NCBI GenBank assembly: GCA_951406725.2
Contig: OX597828.1
Location: forward strand, 42,532,001-42,596,000
DNA: 64,000 bases
Direction of reading: 5' to 3'
Origin: Octopus vulgaris
Lineage: Eukaryota
Under the pieces are notes generated by a model. The model was not told where the DNA came from, did not search any database, and was given only the letters and a program-made list of their open reading frames with translations. Positions 40,009 to 59,182 of this stretch are shown here, piece after piece. Positions within the stretch are counted from its first letter, which is position 1. Each line of letters begins with the position of its first letter. The position numbers and the translations under genes are program-made.

Positions 40009-40098
40009 TATAGTAGTAGTGGTAGTAGTAGTAGTAGTAGTTATAGTAGTAGTGGTAGTAGTAGTAGTAGTAGTAGTAGTAGTTATAGTAGTAGTGGT

Positions 40099-40145
<47 letters not shown>
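39350..40145. repeat. (TAG)n array containing a ~183-bp tandem duplication
   Basis: gtggttgtggtgctggtggtggtagtatttcattagcaataaacatcagcagcgg at ~39527 and ~39710. Confidence 0.95.
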
Positions 40146-40471
40146 AGTCACGGTGGTGGTGGTTCAGCCTCAGCAATTAACAGCGGCACCAACGGGTGGC
40201 AGCAGCGGCACAAGCGGCGGCGGCGGTGGCAGCAGAAGCAGCAGCAGTGGTCGTAGAAGCATTTATTTGCCATTAAATTCCCGATAATGTTGTTGCTATT
40301 GTTGTTATGGTTGTGCCTCATTAGTTTTAGTTTTCTTTAACTGTGCCAAGCAAGTTCCCCCCCTTTTTTTTTTTTTTAATAAACACACACACACTCACAT
40401 ATGTGTGTGTATGTATGAATGTATGTATGTGAATGTATATATATTATATGTATGTATATATGTATGCATAC

Positions 40472-40572
<101 letters not shown>

Positions 40573-40583
40573 TATACATATAC

Positions 40584-40642
<59 letters not shown>

Positions 40643-40643
40643 T

Positions 40644-40708
<65 letters not shown>

Positions 40709-40763
40709 GTGTGTGTGTGTATATATATATATGTATGTGTATATATATATATATGTATGTGTG

Positions 40764-40818
<55 letters not shown>

Positions 40819-41149
40819 GTATATGTATATATATATATATGAATATGTGATTATTATCATTATTATTATCATGATTCTATATCAACACCTCCTCCTCCTC
40901 CTCCTTCTCCACCCCGCCATCGCACCATCCTTCCTTCGCATTCATTCTCTCGTCAATAGTAAACCAGGAAGCCTGACCATGTTTTCTGAAAGGTTGCCAG
41001 TTTAATCAGCAGGTGCACCCTCACCCCGAAACTTCCCCTTTCTCCCCACTCCGCCCCGCCGCAGCCATCCGTTATTTATATAGAAATTGTTTACGGTGGC
41101 GGTTGTTGTGGTACTGGACGTGTCTGTTAGTGTTGGCGGCGGTGATTGA

Positions 41150-41515
41150 GGAGGAGGTGGTGGTGATGGTGATGGTGGTGGTGTTGGTGGTTGTGGAAGA
41201 GATGGTGGTGGTGGTGGTGGTGGTGGTGGTGGAAGTGATGGTGGTAGTGGTGGGTGGTGGTGGTGGTGGTGGTGGAAGTGATGGTGGTGGTGGTGGTGGT
41301 GGTGGTGGTGGTGTGGAAGAGATGGTGGTGGTGGTGGTGGTGGTGGTGGTGGAAGTGATGGTGGTAGTGGTGGGTGGTGGTGGTGGTGGTGGTGGTGGTG
41401 GTGGTGGAAGTGATGGTGGTAGTGGTGGGTGGTGGTGGTGGTGGTGGTGGGTGGTGGTGGTGGTGTGCAAGTGATGGTGGTGGTGGTGGTGGTGGTGGTG
41501 GTGGTGGTGATGGTG
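41150..41515. repeat. (GGT)n array with a 120-bp higher-order duplication
   Basis: gtggaagagatggtgg...gaagtgatggtggtagtgg at 41193 and 41313. Confidence 0.9.
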
Positions 41516-41554
41516 GAGTTGTTGATGATAATGGTAGTGCTGGTGTTGGTGCAT

Positions 41555-41585
<31 letters not shown>

Positions 41586-41932
41586 TACATGCATACATAC
41601 GTACATACACACAGGTGCGTATATAGTCGCATGCACACACTTAACACAAACATGTACGTACATACGTATATATACTCACACATATGCATGTATATATAAG
41701 TGTGTATGCATGTATGTGTGTATGCATGTGTATGTCATTATTTATCAATCTATCTATCAATCTCTATAGATATAGATAGATATATAAATGTGTGTGTGTG
41801 TGTGTGGGTGTATATACATAGATATATGTATATATATATATACATATATCTATATATATACACCCCACACACACAAACATTCATACATATTGTTGCTACT
41901 ATACATACATACATACATACATACATACATAC

Positions 41933-41991
<59 letters not shown>

Positions 41992-42436
41992 CGTATATGT
42001 ACATACACACATATGTGCATGCATATATAAATAAGTAGACATACATATATATAAATACTTACACACAGCGATATATACGTGCATGCAAGCATAAATACAC
42101 ACGCACACACACACACACACACACATACATGCACGCCCACACATACACACATACACACATACACGCATACACACGCACACACACACACACATGTTGGTAA
42201 ATCGGCCAAGCTGTGTGCAGTTATGTGGGTGCCAAAACATTGTTGTTTGGTTGTGCTTGCGAGGGCGGGGTGGGGGTGGGGGTGGGGTGGTGGGGGGGAG
42301 GGGGGTCGTTAGTGAATAAAGGTGGCAAAGGAACATGTGCAGAACTCTGCAGAATTCTGGTGAATGTTTCCGGTCAGGAAACTTTCACAACAGTTTATGG
42401 CGTCTCAGCTGAATCACTTTAAACAAAATGTAGGGA

Positions 42437-42468
<32 letters not shown>

Positions 42469-42758
42469 CGTGCATGTGTGTGTGTGTGTGTGTGTTTGCG
42501 TGTAGTAATGTAACATATATCCATACAGGCATGTATACGTACAAGCATACATGCATCCACATACATACATACATACATACATACATACATACATACATAC
42601 ATACATACATACATACATACATACATACATACATACATACATACATACATACATACGTACATACATACATACATACATACATACATACATGCATACATGT
42701 ATACATACGTACATATATATATATATATACATACATGCATACACACATATATACATAC

Positions 42759-42813
<55 letters not shown>

Positions 42814-43187
42814 CACAAACACACATACATATATATATAACACGGATAACCTTACACACCGGTACATAACACAGAGTTACATATATGTATGTATATATAC
42901 ATTCCTATACACGCATGCACACACGTACCCCCACCCCCCACATATTTGTGTGTATGCGTACGTACATAGTCTCCCTTTCTCTCTCTTTATATATATGTGT
43001 GTGTTTGTGTGTATGTATGTATATATATTATATATATATATATAAAGTATAAGCACATATAATATCATACATATATATATGTATATGTCTACGTGTGCGT
43101 GTGTTTGAGTTTGTGTGTGTATTTGTGTTTGTGTGTGTATGTGTGTGTGTATGCGCAATGGCTCTCCTTTATATAGCCGCCATTGTA

Positions 43188-43218
<31 letters not shown>

Positions 43219-43569
43219 ATACGTACGTTTGTAAGTGTTTTGCAGGTGTCTCAATAACGATAATGGGAAATATATTGCCAATAGAATGGACCATTTAGGC
43301 TTAAAGTATTTTCTCTCTGTAATTAACACTGTAAGGTGAAATCAAACCAGCAATCGACACAAAAGCCGTCCTCTATGAATGGTTGAAATGTAAATAAAAT
43401 CGAACGAAATAAAATAAAATACCAGTAATATCTTGTAACAATGTAAGTCAATAAAAATTCGTAATATTGACCTGTCATGTAGGTAAGAATTTAGTGCATT
43501 CACTCAGCCATTGATGCATTTATACACGCAATACAGACATGTGCATACGTGCAAAGAGAAACATCCCTC

Positions 43570-43611
<42 letters not shown>

Positions 43612-43618
<7 letters not shown>

Positions 43619-43818
43619 ATGTGTCCGAGTGTGTATCGTTGGCGATTGTTGTTCCTCCGTCTTCCCTTCCTTGGACCTTTCCTTTTTCTATGTTTCTGAC
43701 GAAGTGCTACGCCCGAAACGTTAAATCCTCCTTCTTTCTTTCCTTTCCTGAGCGTCCAATAACACTATACCTGTTCCACGCCCTCGCGTTGTTGTGTTTT
43801 CGTGTTTGGATTAACTAA
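43612..43818 (+). mobile_element. Short PLE-derived element P2 with minimal hammerhead-like motif
   Basis: tttCTGACGAagtgctacgcccGAAACGTTaaa at 43693-43725; (TA)n on both sides. Confidence 0.65.
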
Positions 43819-43820
43819 AT

Positions 43821-43857
<37 letters not shown>

Positions 43858-43909
43858 ATTGAGAGAAAAACCACTATTAAACAATTGAATAAAGGAAGAT
43901 GTTATTCAC

Positions 43910-44031
43910 ACTCTTTGGTCGGCCCGAAGCTATGGTAGAAGACACTTGCCCAAGGTGCCACGCAGTGGGACTGAACCCGGAACTATGTGGTTGGGAAGTA
44001 AGCTACTTACCACACAGCCACTCCTGCGCCT
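43910..44031 (-). mobile_element. Family A SINE 5' half
   Basis: gacacttgcccaaggtgccacgcagtgggactgaacccgg...cactcctgcgcct. Confidence 0.9.
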
Positions 44032-44109
44032 TTTTTTCTTTGTTATTGATAGCGCTATATATATATATATATGAGCAATGTCAGTAGCACTGGTGAACAA
44101 TGATTTGAA

Positions 44110-44560
44110 ACGATGAGATAGAGTTAAAAAAAATGTTGAACCGAGTCAACCTGCATTCGCTTTTCGTTCATTTTTATTTCTAATGTTGTTAAACCAGTTG
44201 ATTATAGTTTTATCATTGTTAGAATGTGAAAGGTTAATGACTTTCCTAATTCTGTTATTAATGTTATTTCAAACCTGTTTGCTAATTAATCAGATCTAAC
44301 TTTTATCAGTGTTGGTTAATTCAGTATCTTGAACTAGAGATGAAGTCCTCCTTATGGTCTTTAAGAGTGATGTAAGTTTCACGTTTAGCTAAATATTTTA
44401 ATACGTTGTCTCCTTTAAGTTTAGCTGTTTTAATTTTTGTATCGTTGTTGCAATCGTTATAAGTGCACGAGTTGACGTTTAATTACTAATAAAAGACAAT
44501 ATTAATGCATAATTAACGACAATGTTTTTGGCTACAGACTTATTACACTTATATCCGTCT
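44110..44560 (-). pseudogene. Degenerate Penelope-like reverse transcriptase fragment
   Basis: LAKRETYITLKDHKEDF (cf. AFITLKDHKENF), KTIINWFNNIRNK (cf. VI.WF..I.NK), FFNSIS (cf. FYPSI). Confidence 0.8.
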
Positions 44561-44829
44561 ATCTCATTTAGATGTTTCGTTTAATATGAGAATGTAAATG
44601 TTGCACTACATTGCGTAAGGGCAATTATATCAGTGAACTATTTATATCGAAAGACATTGCAACACTTCTAGAATTGGTATTATGTCAAAGGTCTGATCCA
44701 GAAAGATTCGAAGTCTTAGGTTCGGGGATGGTATTTCCGTGCCTCTGTTTTATATATATATATATATATACTACATACTATAAGAAGGGTGTATTCACGT
44801 AATTTCAATGTGGAAATTCTCTGTATGAA

Positions 44830-44917
<88 letters not shown>

Positions 44918-45045
44918 GTCTGTCTGTCTATCTATCTCCCTTTCTGAACATCTCTCAATCCCTCTATATATCTATCTATCTATCTATCTATCTCACTCAA
45001 TCACTCACTCACTCACTCACTCTCTCTACATACATACATACATAT

Positions 45046-45076
<31 letters not shown>

Positions 45077-45306
45077 CAAACAAACATACATACATACATA
45101 CATATATACAAACAAACATACATACATACATACATACATACATACACACACACATACATACATACATACATACATACATACATACATACATACATACATA
45201 CACACATACATACATACATACATACACACATACATACATACATACATACAGATATACAAACAAACATACATACATACAAACATACATACATACATACATA
45301 CATACA

Positions 45307-45342
<36 letters not shown>

Positions 45343-45406
45343 CATACATACATACATATATACATACATACATATATACATACATACATATATACATACA
45401 TGCATA

Positions 45407-46031
45407 CGATATTCCTAGCATGGCTCTTTCCATGACTCTTTACGTCGTTACCAACCTATGTTCTCCCCCCTTCGTTGTGGCCCATGTCTCACTGGCATAT
45501 AAGCGCGAACGGCACTATTGAACAAACTGGTACATAGGGTTTTTATCCATCTTTGCTGTGGCCACATTTTATTGAAGCAAACGGCTTACATTCTGCTCTC
45601 ATTCCTTCCGAGATTTCAGCGTGCATAACTCGCGTATATTAACTGTGCGCCCCGAGTTGACGTGCTGCCCAATTCTATCGATTTTATCCCTTTTCCCCTC
45701 TATTAGGTCTTGTGTTACGTTTTCGGACCGCACGAGGTAATTCGAGAGCGGAGTGGAGCAAACGATGTGATCACAAAAATATCAAAAGCCCAGATTCCGC
45801 AGGGCCGGCCGTGTCTGTCACTAGGCTCACAAACTACAGGCTGACCAATGCAGTTTCCGAGACTTATACAAAAGATCGGTAAATGCCCCTCGAAAAGCCT
45901 CTATAACGATGGGAAGGTTATTCAGTTTAAGGATTTGGGCCCAAATTGGACAAGAAGAGTGCAATGGAATAAGAATTGAAACGCGATGCGACCAGCAGCG
46001 TATAACAGCATCTGATGAGGTAATGCAGGTG

Positions 46032-46032
<1 letters not shown>
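45407..46032. mobile_element. RTE-clade LINE 3' fragment with inverted 5' part
   Basis: Minus 45407-~45700: [31 protein letters not shown]; plus ~45734-46032: EVIRERSGANDVI...TRLTNYRLT...RWE, then (TATG)n. Confidence 0.8.
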
Positions 46033-50996
<4,964 letters not shown>

Positions 50997-51080
50997 CCAT
51001 GTATGCATGTATGTATGTTTGTTTGTATATATATATGTATATACGAGTGTATGTATGTACTAATGCATGTATGTATGTAT

Positions 51081-51689
51081 GTTATTGTTCAGTTTTATTT
51101 CAAGATTACATGCCAATATAGAAAGAACCGGTTTCTAACCTAGATCCAAGGCTCCTTCATTGGAATTTCAACATCAACAAGGTATTTTTGTATGTATGTA
51201 TGTATTTGTGCAGATTTGTGTGTTTTGTTTTATGCATGTATTCTCATGCATACAGTTGCATATCTAGACATGCTCATAAATATTTAAAGGATGAACTTCT
51301 GGAAAGTTTTACAATTTTACAATTTTACAGTCCCAGGGATGGATTGGATCTGTAATCTTCGAATTAGCTTTCTCCTTTCTGGTTTTGGAAAGCCTAATTT
51401 CTCAAGATTGGTATTTAGGCAGTGTGTTACATATCCCAGGGCCCCAATAAGTACAGGTATTATCCTGAACTTGTAATCTGGGTAGGTTTCTCAATAGTTT
51501 ATCATAGGTGTTCTCTTTTTCACTGATCTTCAGCTTTATGTTAACATCTGCTGAGCAGCTCATTTCCACAACTGTGCACAGTTTCTCTTCTCTATCCCAA
51601 ATCATTATATCAGGTCTGTTGTGCTTACATTTTATTGAGGTCTTCACTAAGACATTCCACCATGTATGTATTCTTTCTTTATTACTCTA
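51081..51689 (-). mobile_element. 5'-truncated R4-like RLE LINE with (CATA)n tail
   Basis: WWNVLVKTSIKCKHNRPDIMIWDREEKLCTVVEMSC..D.....KISEKENTY; IIPVLIGALGYV; AATAAA at 51094-51099 then (cata)n. Confidence 0.88.
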
Positions 51690-52203
51690 ATGTATGTATG
51701 TATGTATGTATGTATGTATGTATGTATGTATGTATGTATGTATGTATGTATGTATGTATGTATGTATGTATGTATGTATGTATGTATGTATGTATGCATG
51801 CATGTATGTATGTATGTATGCATGCATGTATGTATGTATATATACTCATGTATGTATGAGTGTATGTATGTGTATGAATTCATGTATGCATGTAGTCATG
51901 TATGTACGCTTGTATGTATGTATGTATGTATGTATGTATGTATTTATGTATGTATGTGTGTATGTATGTGTGTATGTATGTGTGTATGTATGTATGTATG
52001 TATGTGTGTGTGTATGATGTATGTATGTAATGTATGTAATGTATGTATGTATGTATGTATGTATGTATGTATGTATGCATGCATGTATGTATATATACTC
52101 ATGTATGTATGAGTGTATGTATGTGTATGAATTCATGTATGCATGTAGTCATGTATGTACGTTTGTATGTATGTATGTATGTATGTATGTATGTATGTAT
52201 GTA

Positions 52204-52240
<37 letters not shown>

Positions 52241-52257
52241 ACGCTTGTATGTATGTA

Positions 52258-52293
<36 letters not shown>

Positions 52294-52440
52294 TGTATGT
52301 ATGTATGTGTGTGTATGTATGTATGTATGTATGTATGTATGTATGTATGTATGTATGTATGTATGTATGTATGTATGTATGTATGCATGTATGTATGTAT
52401 GTATGTATGTATGTATGTATGTATGTATGCATGTATGTAT
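51690..52440. repeat. (TATG)n variant array with a ~253-bp duplication
   Basis: tatactcatgtatgtatgagtg...gaattcatg...gtagtcatg at 51841 and 52094. Confidence 0.9.
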
Positions 52441-52561
52441 AGTCTTTTCATTCACGAACGTAGACATTGAAAGATAATGCACACACGTAAATGCATGTAC
52501 AGACAAGATATAGATGCCAGACACATGAATACAATAAAGCATTTTCTTGGTTGGACGATGT

Positions 52562-52606
<45 letters not shown>

Positions 52607-52627
52607 AGAGAGAGGGAGAGAGAGAGA

Positions 52628-52726
<99 letters not shown>

Positions 52727-53697
52727 CAAGGACGAAAGTACACAGAGAGAAAAATTTTCTGCTGAAAAAAATCTTCAATACCAGCCGTGGCCATCCTGTT
52801 TTCTTTCCAGCTTTCTGTATTTAGACCACATTCGTGACTCAGTGGTTAGTAATTTCACTTTGCAATCATGAGATGGAACACAATTCCTTTACATGAAATG
52901 TTTAACGTGTTTTTTTTTTTTTTTTATATTTTACCGTAGCTCAGGGTTAGACGGAAATGGGGGTACAGAAAGTCCCTAGAATGGACTGTATTTGCAATTC
53001 AAAAATCCAGCCGTGCTTGGCACATTTTGTGTCACTTTGATTTTTGTCTGTTGTGAATTACGTTACCGAAACACACACGTATGCGGAATACTCAGTCACT
53101 TTCAAATTTATTCACACATGATGAAGTAACAGGAATATTTATTATTTGTTTTATTTTGTTTGCAAGCGACTTGAAACAGGTCTGGAAGAGAAAAGGCATG
53201 TCGTTGATGAGGTCGCTAATGGTGACGATAGAACTTTGACAAACAAATGATTGATTAACCAACAAGCGATCAATTAGTACTTTCCTTAAAGGACTGAGCA
53301 ACTGACTAATAACAAAGAAGTGAAATTAAACCAGTGCGTGTGTTTATTACTGGCGTAATGGCCCTTCCAAGATACAACTGGAATATTATTCATTATCTAA
53401 ATCTATGTAAGTCCATCGTATCTTGGAAGGACTGTATTATCTAACGTTTGATTTCTCCTTTATTTTTTCTTCGACACCGAAAGATGTTGATTTTATAATT
53501 TCGAATGAAATTCAGCTGCTATATCTAGCATCGTTGCTCGATCAGTCTGCTTCTTCTTTCTTTTTGCTTTCTTTTTGCTTTCTTTTTGGTGATACAAATG
53601 AGCCTGTTTTAGTGATCAGCTTCGACATGACGAAGAAAGGAGTGGGAGATAGAAAAAGATGAAAGGAATTTATACGGAAATCTTTCTTTCTTTGTCT

Positions 53698-53742
<45 letters not shown>

Positions 53743-53858
53743 CATATGCATACAGATATATGTATATGTATATACGTATATATGTACATATATATGTATG
53801 TATATGCATACACATATATATACATACATATATACATATACATGCATATATATATATT

Positions 53859-53917
<59 letters not shown>

Positions 53918-53978
53918 TATACACACACATATGCATATAGATACATTCATATGTATATATATATATATATGCGAATGT

Positions 53979-54021
<43 letters not shown>

Positions 54022-54049
54022 ATATGTCTGTGTGTATGTGTTGTGTTTA

Positions 54050-54080
<31 letters not shown>

Positions 54081-54172
54081 GACATACACATAGATGAAGG
54101 TGCAATGAGAAAGCCGACACATAATAATTATAGTATTTTCCCCAACATACGACAATACACATACATGTAAAC

Positions 54173-54203
<31 letters not shown>

Positions 54204-54943
54204 GAAACACACATACAATATACACATTCACACGCACACACATACACACACACACATCCCTACGCATATAATACAGATTCTTTTCCCCTTTCTCTCTCTC
54301 TCTCTCTCTCTCTCTCGCTTTTCCTTCCATCTTATTTCTTTGACCCAATCTTCCGGTGACCACCACCATCGACCCTCTTTATATTCAATATATAAACACA
54401 ACAGAACGGATATGACAGGTCCCTTCATGTTAAAGACCACACACAATGGCTATATATGCCACTGGCACAAAACTCTGAAGTCCTTTGAAACCTCTTCTCT
54501 CTCTGGAGATCTTAAAATAGAGGACGTCTCTCCTCTCTCTCTCTTTCTCCCTCTTTCACATTCTTTCTCTCTCTCTTTCTCTCCCCCTTCTTGGTTCTTC
54601 TGTCTGTCTCCCCCATCTCTTTCTCTTTCTTCCTTGAATACCATTGGCCAATCTTGTTGGAAACACACACACTATGTAGTTCACATATATCTCTTTCTTT
54701 CTTTCTTTCTTTCTTTCCTTCATTCTTTTTTTCTGTTTTTGTTTCTTTTTCTTTCTTTCATTTAGTCATTCTTTCTTTCTTTGTTTCGTTCATTCTATTC
54801 TCATCTTTTCTTTCTTTCTTTATCATTCATTCTTTCTTTCTTTCTATATATTCTCATCTCTTTCTTTCTTTTTTCTTCCATTCATTCATTCCTTGTTTCT
54901 TTCTATCTATTTTCATCTTCTCTTCCTTTTTTCATTCATTTAT

Positions 54944-55092
<149 letters not shown>

Positions 55093-55489
55093 TCTCATTC
55101 TTTCTTTCTATTTATCTCTCTTCCTGTTTTTCATTCATTATCCCTTCCTCTGTTTCTTCTTCTTTCCTTCTTCTATTCTTTCCTTTTTCTCTTTCTGTTT
55201 TTCTCTCAATTTACATTCCTTCTTTTCCTGTTTTCCTTTCCTCCTAGACTTTCATTTTTCTTTCTTTCTTTCCTTCTTTCTTTTCGTTCTATCTCATCTA
55301 TACTTACGCAAGCACACACCCACGCAAGCACACACACACACACGCACACACACACACAGAGGAACACATACACATGAACCTAGACGACCACTCACCCCAC
55401 TCCCAGCTATCCAATATGAGATGGGAATGGCTTTTACTCCACTTCCATGTTGTCTAGTACTCCAGGACAGCGAAGCAGCCTCTACACAG

Positions 55490-55890
55490 TCACACGATCA
55501 GCAAAAAATAGCAACAAAAACGCCCTCTTATCACACATCTCTGTCTTGGAAAAGGAAATACATTCGATAATGTAGTCCTAAGCACATTAAGTTAGCAAAA
55601 AATGAACAGGATGGTCATGGTAGGAAGACCTTTGATCATATGTCGGTTTGATTAAATTTGATCAAGGATTAAACATCATCTACAAGAAATGGAACATTAA
55701 ATAATGTATCCTAGATACGCTTAGATTCTAAGAAAAAATAAATGTTTCTTTATAGGTCTGCTGGATTAGAGCTGGCCGATAACCTATGGTTAAACACAAT
55801 CAACGAGAAAGGGCACATTAGACAATGTAGTCCAAGGTACATTAGTCTGCGAAAAAACGTAAACGGGGTTGTCAGAATGGGAACGGAGCT
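55490..55890 (+). repeat. Three degenerate tandem copies of a SINE-tail-like unit (acatt.gataatgtagtccta)
   Basis: Units start near 55558, 55693 and 55814. Confidence 0.55.
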
Positions 55891-55929
55891 GCTGCAAAAG
55901 TATTTAGCGCCTTAGGCCATCCACCAATT

Positions 55930-56225
55930 CTACAGTGTGCGATTCTGATTTCTGTCTTATAACGTACGACTCTTTCTGCCATTCTTACAATACGAGACTC
56001 TTTTTTTTCAGACTCACAAAAACAGTAAAATTCATTTAGTTTTCAACCGTTCAATGTGCGACTCCTCTCACTCATATAATGTGCGACTCCTCCCGTCCTG
56101 CAATGTGCGACTCCTTCTTCCAGCCCTACTGTGAGTGACTTCTTTTTCCTGCCCTATGCACGACTACTTCATCCAGCCTTACAATATGCGACTCATTCTC
56201 CAAATCATACAATAAGAATTCTCCT
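55930..56225. repeat. Degenerate ~26-30-bp repeat with core CAATGTGCGACTC
   Basis: Cores near 55933, 55959, 55988, 56052, 56077, 56101, 56129, 56155, 56181. Confidence 0.8.
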
Positions 56226-56576
56226 TTCTTCAATGTTTTTCTGCAACATTCTACAGCCATCGGCCTTAATACATCAGTTGAAAAACGGTGTCGAAAAATT
56301 ACAGATGACTGCGAACAAGAAATATAGAGTGATGTGGTCATGTGTATCACTGATCAAATCTATTACTGAGCAAAAATTTGAAATATCTCGAGTGAAATAA
56401 TGTGACGGAACATATCACACGTGTTTCTTCCTCCCCTTTCTCTCTCCCTCTCTCTCAGTCTCTCCCCCTCTCTCTTTCTCTCCAGCTCAAGTCTTTCATT
56501 CTTGTTTTTTTCCCGGGGTGACCTCTTCTGTTCTCTCTTTTTTTCACTAAGTTTGCATGACTTTAATTAAACTTTA

Positions 56577-56775
56577 AAAATTTATTGCAAGTTCTTTGTG
56601 GCGCCCCCAATTTATGTTGTTAAATGTATGACCATGCATATTATAACAAGACTTAAATAGGTTTGATGTTGAACCTATATAATACATATTGTCAGTTTGT
56701 ATCATGACATTGCATTTATATATCACATTGCTTAAGAGGCACTCAGATCCAAGGAGACATTGAGCGGCATTTCTC
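56577..56775 (-). pseudogene. Penelope-like GIY-YIG endonuclease fragment
   Basis: CLLGSECLLSNVIYKCNV...YYIGSTSNLFKSCYNMHGHTFNN. Confidence 0.85.
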
Positions 56776-57059
56776 CAGTTAGCTCCAGTGAGATTTATCA
56801 TTGAGGTTTCTAGAGATACCAGTAAACGATTATTATTCCATCTATCCATCCATCATCCATCTATCTATCTTCTCCATCCACTATTCCAGAGAGGGTCGTG
56901 TGGGGTAGAGTCCTCATCCATAAGGTCCTATCAGGAGCAACTGTCATCTCCTCCATAAGGTCCTATCAGGAGCAACTGTCATTCGACTTTCCTGTTGGAT
57001 TCCCATTCTTGGTTTATTCATAGATCTCCTGCCCAGCTTAAAGAACCCGTCTTGCGATT

Positions 57060-57212
57060 CTTTCCTGTAACATTTGATTGCGGCGAAGCTGGATCACCGT
57101 CTTTAGTGGAGCAAATCGACCCAACGACTTATTCTTTGTAAGCCTAGTAGACCGAACTTAGAACCATATGGTTGGTAAGCAAGCTACTTACAACACAGCC
57201 ACTCTTCCGCCA
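57060..57212 (-). mobile_element. Family A SINE with large internal deletion
   Basis: Tail fragment fused to head fragment. Confidence 0.75.
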
Positions 57213-57276
57213 ATACATATAAATATTTATATACATGTGTAAGTATGTATATATGTATGCATGTGTGTGTGTGTGT

Positions 57277-57316
<40 letters not shown>

Positions 57317-57819
57317 TCAAGAGAAATAAATCGAATATTTTGAAGAAAACCGAAAGGAAGATAAGAATACGGAAAAATCTGAGCAAAAAGAAATAAAACA
57401 ACCCCCCTTACAAAGGTCAAATGGCTAAATCCAACCGGACAAGGTGATGTGGTAGGTCTAGTGTTGTGAAGGTGCAGGTGTTGGCGAGAGGGAGTGATGA
57501 CCGCCTTCGTTCGTGGTGTCAGCGATGATGGTGGTGTTTGTAACAGCAATGACAGTGGTGGTGGATGGTATCACTACTGGGAGTGAATTTGGTGGCGGAG
57601 TAGTAGTAGGTTTCCTTTCTTTCGTTCTTTCTTTCTTTCTTTCATTCTTTCTTTCTTTCTTTCTCTCTTTTTCTTTCTTTCTTTCTTTCTCTCTTTTCCT
57701 TTCTTTCCTTCTCTCTTTTTCTTTCTTTCTTTCTCTCCTTTTCTTTCTTTCTTTCTCTCTTTTTCTTTCTTTCTTTCTTTCCTTCTTTCTTTCTCTCTTT
57801 TTCTTTCTTTCATGCTTTT

Positions 57820-57866
<47 letters not shown>

Positions 57867-58032
57867 CTCCTTCTTTCTTTCTTTATTGTTTGGCGCTGGA
57901 ATAGTGCCGACTTTGAAATACCAATGTTGAAACCTAAAATATTTGCCCAAAAATATCGCCACCACATCACCCTTAACCCCTCAGATTATCGACCAGAATC
58001 TTCTCCACACACAGACACACTTCATTCTTTAT

Positions 58033-58066
<34 letters not shown>

Positions 58067-58127
58067 TTATGTCTGTTACATCAAACCGATGTGAATTGGG
58101 TTTAAGGTACTACTGACATTGATTGCC

Positions 58128-58253
58128 TGACCCCAAAGGGTCACAGATCGCCAAAATTCCTATACATAAAATAAAATAAAATAAAATAAAAATAACATAC
58201 AGAAATACTGACGCTTGCTTTCAAAGTTGCGTAGATTTGACCTTCAGAGGTCA
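58128..58253. promoter_or_regulatory. Two everted nuclear-receptor half-site pairs with 4-bp spacers
   Basis: TGACCC-caaa-GGGTCA 58128-58143; TGACCT-tcag-AGGTCA 58238-58253. Confidence 0.35.
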
Positions 58254-58792
58254 TTTTGGCAAAGTAATGGCCGCCCGTACATTGTATTAGCTGGACTTGA
58301 GAGTTCGTATCGAGCTGACGGCTATTGTATTTAGCTGGACATGAGAAAAATTGGCGAGTGGTCTTTGTGTTGTTGGCGTGGGTGCTTGTTGTTGTAGGTA
58401 CTGTTGTTGTTTTAGATGGTGTTGTTGTTGTTGTAGGCGTTGATGTTGATGTTGTTATTGTTGTTGTTGTTGGTGGTGGTGGTGGTTTAGACGCTGGTGT
58501 TTGATTGGCTAAGCAAAGAATGGCTGCTGATAGATTTTCTTTTTCTTTTTGCTTTTCTTCAATAATGGTCGACTTTCTACACCACACAGATACACATGTG
58601 TATATATGTATGTATGTATGTATTTACGTATGTAACTATGCACGCATGTATATATATATATGTGTGTGTGTGTGTGCGTGTGTGTGTGTGTGTGTATGTA
58701 TATATATATATATATATGCATATATATATATATGTGTGTGTGTATATATATATGCATATATATAGGCATGAATTTAGCTATGTATTATTTAT

Positions 58793-58863
<71 letters not shown>

Positions 58864-59061
58864 TATATACATATATATATATATAAACATACACATTTAT
58901 ACGTATATAAATGTGTGTACAAAGATTTACACAGTTTTATATATATACATAGATGTATACATACATACATACATACGTACATACATACATATATATATAT
59001 ACATAGATATATACATATATATATATATTTATATATATATATATATAACATACATACATAC

Positions 59062-59097
<36 letters not shown>

Positions 59098-59132
59098 ATA
59101 GATATATACATATATATATTTATATATATATT

Positions 59133-59182
<50 letters not shown>

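Noticed and set aside
44325-44335. Selenocysteine TGA in the PLE RT fragment
   Set aside because: Falls at the expected Arg of CRLINP in a heavily decayed copy; CGA to TGA decay is simpler
53200-53235. Hammerhead-like tgatgag-gtcgc/gtgac
   Set aside because: Lacks C3, GAAA and a stem I
56918-56982. 35-bp tandem duplication
   Set aside because: Ordinary local duplication with no further structure
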